32,000 bases of DNA from Candidatus Electrothrix yaqonensis (GTDB lineage Bacteria; Desulfobacterota; Desulfobulbia; Desulfobulbales; Desulfobulbaceae). Positions 25,743-32,000 of this stretch are shown here, piece by piece; position 1 is the first letter of the stretch; each line of letters starts with the position of its first letter. The notes beneath the pieces are model-generated. The model was not told the DNA's origin. It was given only the letters and a program-made list of their open reading frames with translations, and did not search any database. The stretch lies in NCBI GenBank assembly GCA_047651235.1, contig CP178758.1:1230001-1262000 (forward strand), in the 5' to 3' direction. Both the position numbers and the translations under genes were made by a program.

Positions 25743-25789
25743 CAAATACTCCACAGAGCAACCGAAATCACTCAGTTTTTACCTAAAAA

Positions 25790-28700
25790 TCACCCCACAA
25801 CCTCAACCCGAATAGCACAAAGCTTATACTCCGGCGTCCGGGAAAGCCGATCCAGCGCATCCAGAGTCAGCAGGTTAACCGGGGTCTCGGCATAGTTATA
25901 GGTAGTGAAAATGGTACCGGGCTGACTGCGCTCGGTGATCTCCGCCTTGATGGTGACCTCGCCCCGCCGGGAGGTGAGTTTCAGCATATCACCCGACTTA
26001 ATCCCCAGCCGCTCGGCATCTGCCGGGTTGACTTCGGCCAGAGCCTCTGGAGCGATATCATCAATCTCCTCGGTCTTGCCGGTCATGCTGACAAAGTTGT
26101 AGCGGGCATAATGGCGGCCCGTGGTGAAGAGCATGGGATACTCGTCATCCACCGGCTCTTTGGGCGCCATGTAGTCCTCCGGCACAAACAGGCCCTTGCC
26201 CCGGGTAAAGCTCTTAGTATGCAGAACGGTAGTTCCCGGATGATCAGCGTCCGGGACCGGCCACTGCAGGCCCTCGTCCTCAAGCCGGGCATAGGACATG
26301 CCGCAATACTGGGGCAGCAGCTCGCAGACCTCATCAAAGATATCCTCAGTCTTTGTGTAGCCCATTGCATAGCCCATACGCTCGGCCAGCTCGGTGAGGA
26401 TCAGCCAGTCCGGCTTGGCCTGTCCCGGCGGTTCCACTGCCTTGCGGATACGCTGTACCCGCCGCTCCGTGGAGGTGAAGGTGCCGTCTTTTTCCGCAAA
26501 ACAGGCTGCCGGCAGAACCACGTCCGCCTCTTTGGCCGTGTCGGTGAGAAAGATATCTTGGACAATAAGGAAATCCAGATGCCGCAGGGCCTTATGAACA
26601 TGGCCGATATTAGCATCAGCAATGGCCGGATCTTCACCAAACACGTACAGGGCTCGAATTTCATCCTGAAGGATATTATCCCAGACCTCGGTAGCTGGCT
26701 TGCCGGGCTGGCGCGGCATTTTCACGCCCCAGCGTTCTTCGTACTTATCGAACAGCTCATCATTGCTCAGACCGCCGTATCCGGGCAGGGTGTTGAACAG
26801 AGCGCCCATATCGCAGGCCCCCTGGACATTATTCTGACCGCGCAGCGGATTACAGCCGCCGCCTTCCACCCCGACCTTGCCGCAGAGCATGGCCATGTTG
26901 GCGATAGATTTCACCCGGTCCGTACCGGTATGGTAATGGGTAATCCCCATGCCGTGGTAAAAGGCATTGCGCCCCGGAGCCGCATACATCCGTGCTGCCT
27001 GTTCCATCTCGGCAACAGTCAGGCCGGTGATTTCCGCCACCTTCTCCGGCGGATAATTTTCCACCAGGGCTTTCAGTTCGTCGAAATCCTCGGTGCGTTC
27101 TGCAACAAATTGTTTGTCCCAAAGATCCTCTTTGAGGATGATGTGCATCAGGCCGTTGAGCAGGGCCACATCCGTGCCCGGCTGGATGCGGAGCCAAAGG
27201 TCGGCCCGTTCTGCCAGCTTGGTCCTGCGCGGATCAATCACCACCAGCTTGGCGCCCCGATCCAGGGCCTGATGGATACGCATCCCGATGGTCGGGTGAC
27301 TGGTATCCGGGTTGGAGCCGATCATAAAAAAGAGATCGGTTTTGTCATTGAGTACATCCGCAATGGAATTGGTCATTGCGCCGGAACCGAACGTGATGGC
27401 CAGACTGGCCACCGTGGGAGCGTGTCAAAGTCGGGCACAGTGATCGATATTATTCGTCCCGATCACCGTGCGCATAAACTTCTGCATGAGAAAATTTTCT
27501 TCATTGCTCGCCCTGGCGCAGGAAAATCCGGCAATGGAGTCCGGTCCGTAGTCCTTTTTGACCGCAGTCAGCCGGTCCGCAATAAAATCGTAGGCCTCAT
27601 CCCAAGATGCCTCCTGCAGCTCACCGTTACGGCGAATCAGCGGGGTGGTCAGACGTTCCTTGTCCTGAACAAAGTTGAAGGCGAACCGGCCCTTGACGCA
27701 GAGCGCACCATAATTGGGTGCCAGCTCCGGCTCCGAGGTGACCTCCATAATCGTGTCGCCCTTGACCTTGAGCTGCATCTGACAGCCAGCCCCGCAGTAG
27801 GGGCAGGTGGTGCGTACATAGCGCACATCTTCGTTGAGGATGGGGGAAAGCACGTCCTTCTTGCTGATCGTGCCGGTGGAGCAGCTGTCCGCGCATTGGC
27901 CGCAATGCACGCATTTTTCATTAAAGCGGAGAGAAATACCTGTGGCCAAGCCCTGCTCATCTTGGGAGGTGCAGCTCAGCTCCAGCGCGTCGTATGCACA
28001 GGCATTGACGCAGCGGCGGCAGTACACGCATTTATTCAGATCCACATTGAGCATGGGATGCGAACTGTCTAGGCTGTACGCCGGGGCACCGGCCATACCG
28101 GTTTTGTTCAGGTTGATGTCGCTGTCAATGCAGAGCTGCTTGAAGTCGCAGGTATCATAGGCCATGCAGCCGCATTCCAGACAGCGATCTGCTTCCCGCT
28201 TGGCTGCGGTCTCGTTAAAGCCCAGCCGGACTTCTTCATTGTCCAGCACTGCTGTTTCCGGGGTGCGGTCCGGCATGAGAGTGCGCTCCTGCTTATCAAA
28301 CCGTTCCAGCACCTTGGCATCTACAGCAGCAAAGGACTTGCCGCGCGTGAAGTTGAACCGGCTTTCCGCCGGAGCTTCAGCAATACCCATTACAGCGGCA
28401 TGGATATTTTCTGCGGCCTTGCGCCCGGAACTGACCACTTGAATCAGGGCGCGGGTGCCGCTGGCTGCCTCGCCTGCCGCATAGACCCCGTCCATACTAG
28501 TCATCGAAGTTCTGACATTGGCCTTGATCAGGTTTTTCGGGGTAAAGTCCACAGGAAACGGGGCATCGCCCTCGGTACAGGCCATCTGGCCCTGGGCATG
28601 AATGATCGTATCCACCAGCAGGACATCAAAGGCATCCGGAACCGGCTGCAGCTGCTGTTTTCCTCTTTTGTCCGGTTTCCCCAACTCCATCTGGGCCAGG

Positions 28701-29902
28701 ACCAGCTCCAGACCGGAACCCAGCTGCTTGATTTCACAGGGATCAACCATGAACAGGAACTGCACATTTTCCTTTGCCGCCTCACTGACCGTTTTGGGTG
28801 TGGCGGTGAGCTCGGATTCATCAGTGCGCAGGTTGACCAGGGTCACTGCTTTATAGCCCAGCCGGATCAGACTGCGGGCGCTTTCCAGGGCAATATTATT
28901 GCCGCCGATGACCGCTGCTGTTTTGCCTTTGTACAGCTCCCCGGTTTCTCCGGCATTGTACTTGCGGAGAAACTCCAAGCCTGGCAGCACACCGGGAAGA
29001 TCAGCACCCGGAATTTCCAGCGGCTGGTCAATCCCGGCCCCGGTCGTCAGCAGAGTGGCGTCAAACCGGCTGTTCAGCTCATCCAGAGTGATGTCCTGTC
29101 CCAGCCGATGATTGCATTTCACCTCAATGCCGAGTTTAAGAATGGTTTCGATTTCGTAATCCAGCACATTTTTCGGCACCTTGAACTCCGGCACGCCGTA
29201 ACGGAGCAGACCGCCCAGCTGTTCTTCAGCCTCAAAGATGGTCACCGTATGGCCGTTTTTTGCCAGATAATAGGCCCCTGATAACCCGGCAGGGCCGCCG
29301 CCGACCACGGCGATCTTTTTGCCGGTGGCAGGCTGCTGCTGAATATTGAGATCCACCTGATTGCTCATGCACCAGTCAGCAGCAAAACGCTTCAGGTGAT
29401 TGATGGCAATGGGATCATCCAGCAGAACCCGGCGGCAGCGGCTTTCGCAGAAGCGGCGGCAGAGCCGGCCTACGGAAAACGGCAGCGGATTTTTTTCCAT
29501 CACCAGACGGACCGCTTCCGCGTACTGGCCCTTGGCGATATGGGCGATATAGCCCTGCACATTGATCTGACCAGGACAGGTCAAGCTGCACGGGGCCTTG
29601 CAGTCGCCAAAATGAGCGGACGCCAGCGCAGCAAGCCGTTCCTGCCGGTGTGCTCTGACCTCCTCGCTGTCAGTAGTGATCTCCATGCCCTCTTCAACCG
29701 GCGTGGAGCAGGATGTGATCAGTCCTTCCCGGCCCTCACAGGCCACCATGCAGACCTCGCAATGGGCCTCATTCGGCAGTTTGTCAGAAAGATAACAGAG
29801 AGTCGGGATGGTGGTTCCGGCCTGACGGGCTGCTTCCAGAATGGTCGTGCCCGGTTCGACGGAAAGCTGAACGGCATCAATGGACAAACGGATTTTTTTC
29901 AT
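25790..29902 (-). CDS. fdhA: Selenocysteine-containing formate dehydrogenase catalytic subunit fused to 2Fe-2S ferredoxin, GltD-like FAD/NAD(P)H and 4Fe-4S domains (~1370 aa with UGA read as Sec)
   Basis: ORFs 27425-29902 and 25790-27412 are in the same frame and are separated only by TGA (27425-27427). Read-through gives [29 protein letters not shown], which matches the conserved Sec/Cys-His active-site region of molybdopterin formate dehydrogenases. The N-terminus has a 2Fe-2S Cys pattern, KKIAVVGGGPAGLSGAYYLAKNGHTVTIFEAEEQLGGLLRYGVPEFKVP (GltD-like), and CxxCxxC ferredoxin motifs. Confidence 0.88.
27391..27415 (-). promoter_or_regulatory. Candidate SECIS stem-loop
   Basis: The mRNA 10 nt after the UGA reads ACGGUGGCC-AGUCU-GGCCAUCACGU, an imperfect hairpin (7 contiguous bp plus a bulge) with a GU-containing apical loop. 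Confidence 0.5.
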
Positions 29903-30228
29903 GCGATTGATGTCTTTTTGAGGTCAGGGTTCCTGTAGAAATGAGACTCGTTTTCGCTGTATCTAACAAAATTTGCGATGAATGTCAATATCAGCTCCCG
30001 GCATCCTGCTGAAAGACCTGTCAGATTTTATGCTAACCAGCTGTCTTTTCTGACGGTATTTTTCGTATGGTCTCTCCGGGCCTCAACTGATCACCGGAGA
30101 AGGGCTTTCCTATTAAATTTTGCGTCTTCCGGCTGATCTCTCCATCTGCCCGGCTGGCGGTTGCCGAGCACCGTAGGGGCGAACCCCTGTGTTCGCCCAT
30201 GTCTACTCGAGTTTCTCCTGAAAAAAAA

Positions 30229-32000
30229 TTACGCTCCGCTGTGGGCCGCAATAATCTTCTCGGCAATATGCGAGGGCACTTCATCATAATGGGAGAACCA
30301 GACCCGAAAGGCACCGCGTCCGCCGGTCATTGAGGTCAGGTCCGGGGAGTAGAGCTGGATTTCGGCCTGAGGTACCTGGGCTTTAATTATCTCATATTTG
30401 TCGGTAGAATCCATGCCCAAGACCTTGCCGCGCCGGGAATTAAGATCGCCCATCACATCGCCGACATGCTCCTTGTCCACCCGGATTTCCATCTCCATGA
30501 CCGGTTCCAGCAGCACGGGGTTCGCGTCTGCAACTCCTTTTTTAAAGGCCAGTGAACCGGCGATTTTGAAGGCCATTTCTGAGGAGTCCACATTATGGTA
30601 TGAGCCGTCAATCAGGGTGACCCGGAGCCCTTCAAAAGGATACCCGGCAATAACACCTTTTTCCATGGCCTCCAGAATTCCCTTTTCCACGGCCGGTCTG
30701 TATTGCTGGGGAATAACCCCGCCCACGATCTTATCGACAAACTCGAAATGCTCGCCGTTGCTCAGCGGTTCCAGCTCAACGGTGCAGTCGCCGTACTGGC
30801 CGCGGCCGCCGGACTGCTTCTTATGTTTGCCCTGGGCAGTGGCCTTACTCTTGAGGGTCTCCCGGTAGGGAATTTTCGGGATGGACAGCTCCATCTCCAC
30901 AGAAAACTTTCGTTTGAGCCGCTCCCGGATCACCTCAATATGCACCTGCCCGACCCCGGAAAGCAGAACTTCGTGGGTCTGGGTTTCACGGGTCAGGTGC
31001 AGGGTCAGGTCCTCGTCAAGCAGACGGGTCAGAACAGAAAAAACTTTTTCCTCGTCTTTTTCCGCACTGACCGCATAGGAAATCACTGACGGTATGGGTT
31101 CCAGACGGTCATAGAGGATGGGTTTGTCCGGAGCACAGAGGGTATCGCCGGTCCCGGTCTCCTTGAGTTTGGCAACAGCCACAATCATGCCCGGCACAGC
31201 TTTTTCCACCTGCTGCTGCTCTTTACCCTGCAGGAGGAAAAGATGGCCGAAACGCTCAGACTCCTCTTTGCTGGCATTGTACAGGGTGTCGCCTTCCAGG
31301 GTTCCGGAGAGTATCCGGAAGACGGTCAGGCGCCCGGCAAAAGGGTCGGCCATAGTCTTGAAGACTTGGGCAGAAAACGGAGCATCAGCTGTTCCGGCCC
31401 GTTCGCTCAGATCCTTGGTTGCAGGATCAGTCCCGATCATTGCCGGACGCTGATCCGGCGAGGGCAGCAGGTCTACAACAGCATCCAGAATAAGGGAACT
31501 GGCCGCATTGTTGAGGCAGGAGCACGGAATGACCGGAGTCAGTTTTGCCGCGTGGACACCGGCAACCAGCCCGGCGACCAGCTGTTCCTGATGCAGTTCG
31601 CCTTCCTCCAGAAAGGTCTCGATCAGATCGTCATCCGTATCAGCCACATATTCCATCAGGTTTTCCCGTCTGGTGGCAACTTCGTCAACCATGTCCGCAG
31701 GGATTTCACCGGCCTTGACCGTGCCGTCTTCCTGGAACAGCAGGGCACGGTTGTTAACGATATCAACCACACCGGTAAATTCCTGTTCCTGGCCGAGCGG
31801 CAGGTAGAGCACCACCGGCTTTAGGGAAAAAGCCTGTCTGATTTCATCAACCGTCTTCTGGAAATTTGCCCGCTCCCGATCCATCTTGGTCACACAGATG
31901 AGACAGGGCAGGTGCCGATCCTGGATACAATCCACAAAACGTTCGGTCTGGTTCTTCACTCCAAGTACCGCACCCACCGTGAGCACTGCGCTGTCCGCCA
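30229..32000 (-). CDS. Elongation factor G-like translational GTPase, partial; the N-terminus lies beyond the window end
   Basis: The open frame runs to the window edge. VTKMDRERANF is an NKxD-type G4 motif region. Domains II-V are recognisable, and the C-terminal GGRGAFRVWFSHYDEVP resembles the EF-G C-terminus. Divergence from canonical FusA motifs suggests an EF-G paralog. Confidence 0.8.
   Translation of the reverse strand, partial: ADSAVLTVGAVLGVKNQTERFVDCIQDRHLPCLICVTKMDRERANFQKTVDEIRQAFSLKPVVLYLPLGQEQEFTGVVDIVNNRALLFQEDGTVKAGEIPADMVDEVATRRENLMEYVADTDDDLIETFLEEGELHQEQLVAGLVAGVHAAKLTPVIPCSCLNNAASSLILDAVVDLLPSPDQRPAMIGTDPATKDLSERAGTADAPFSAQVFKTMADPFAGRLTVFRILSGTLEGDTLYNASKEESERFGHLFLLQGKEQQQVEKAVPGMIVAVAKLKETGTGDTLCAPDKPILYDRLEPIPSVISYAVSAEKDEEKVFSVLTRLLDEDLTLHLTRETQTHEVLLSGVGQVHIEVIRERLKRKFSVEMELSIPKIPYRETLKSKATAQGKHKKQSGGRGQYGDCTVELEPLSNGEHFEFVDKIVGGVIPQQYRPAVEKGILEAMEKGVIAGYPFEGLRVTLIDGSYHNVDSSEMAFKIAGSLAFKKGVADANPVLLEPVMEMEIRVDKEHVGDVMGDLNSRRGKVLGMDSTDKYEIIKAQVPQAEIQLYSPDLTSMTGGRGAFRVWFSHYDEVPSHIAEKIIAAHSGA

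Noticed and set aside
26111-28072. Long + strand ORFs antisense to real genes: 653 aa here, plus 16050-17405 (451 aa), 4037-4969 (310 aa), 14725-15636 (303 aa) and 7854-8576 (240 aa).
   Set aside because: They lie entirely inside strongly supported minus-strand genes (fdhA, tssK, tssG, tssM, tssC). Their composition is low-complexity and Arg/Gly/Pro/Gln-heavy, which is typical of shadow frames. I recognise no motifs in them.
25790-29902. Interpreting the 825-aa and 540-aa ORFs as two genes, or as a nonsense-mutated pseudogene.
   Set aside because: The single TGA sits at the conserved Sec/Cys-His catalytic position, and the downstream frame continues without a credible SD or start. The tracked GTG start is only 4 codons after the TGA. 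A hairpin also follows the TGA. Selenocysteine read-through is the simpler explanation.
29903-30228. Possible Moco riboswitch or other leader structure in the fdhA 5' UTR. Paired segments include GATCAGCCGGAAG/CTTCTCCGGTGATC and the hairpin GGGCGAAC-N6-GTTCGCCC.
   Set aside because: I cannot match the conserved Moco-motif nucleotides from memory. The GC hairpin is more simply a terminator-like structure after the EF-G-like gene. It needs an Rfam scan before any claim.

Overview
The window looks like a Desulfobacterota-type chromosome; that taxonomic guess is inferred only from gene content. Five blocks are visible. (1) 1-3.2 kb: an apparently 5'-truncated 2-oxoacid:ferredoxin oxidoreductase gene and a hybrid sensor histidine kinase with a CXXCH sensor domain. 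(2) 3.1-17.9 kb, minus strand: one compact type VI secretion operon, tssJ-K-L-M-A-B-C-hcp-E-F-G plus a terminal lipoprotein. No clpV, vgrG or PAAR gene is in the window. (3) 17.9-23.5 kb: a densely base-paired non-coding element, then five complete type II toxin-antitoxin pairs (yefM-yoeB and four PIN/VapC pairs) in strictly alternating orientation. Each pair is followed by a same-strand copy of a ~160-230 bp repeat derived from the 3' half of a HigA-family antitoxin gene, about 1 kb apart. The repeats are far better conserved than the cassettes between them. I rate this the most interesting unexplained structure: a cassette-array-like locus with no recombinase visible in the window. (4) 23.5-25.8 kb, visibly AT-richer: an M35/aspzincin-like metallopeptidase with no signal peptide, and a secreted Cys-rich triple-repeat gene split by a 116-bp MITE-like insertion with 16-bp terminal inverted repeats and a 7-bp target-site duplication. 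More repeats lie in the adjacent intergenic region. (5) 25.8-32 kb: a ~1370-aa selenocysteine (in-frame UGA) formate dehydrogenase fused to 2Fe-2S and GltD-like NAD(P)H/FAD domains, and a partial EF-G-like GTPase. All homology calls come from motif recognition by eye; no database search was run.
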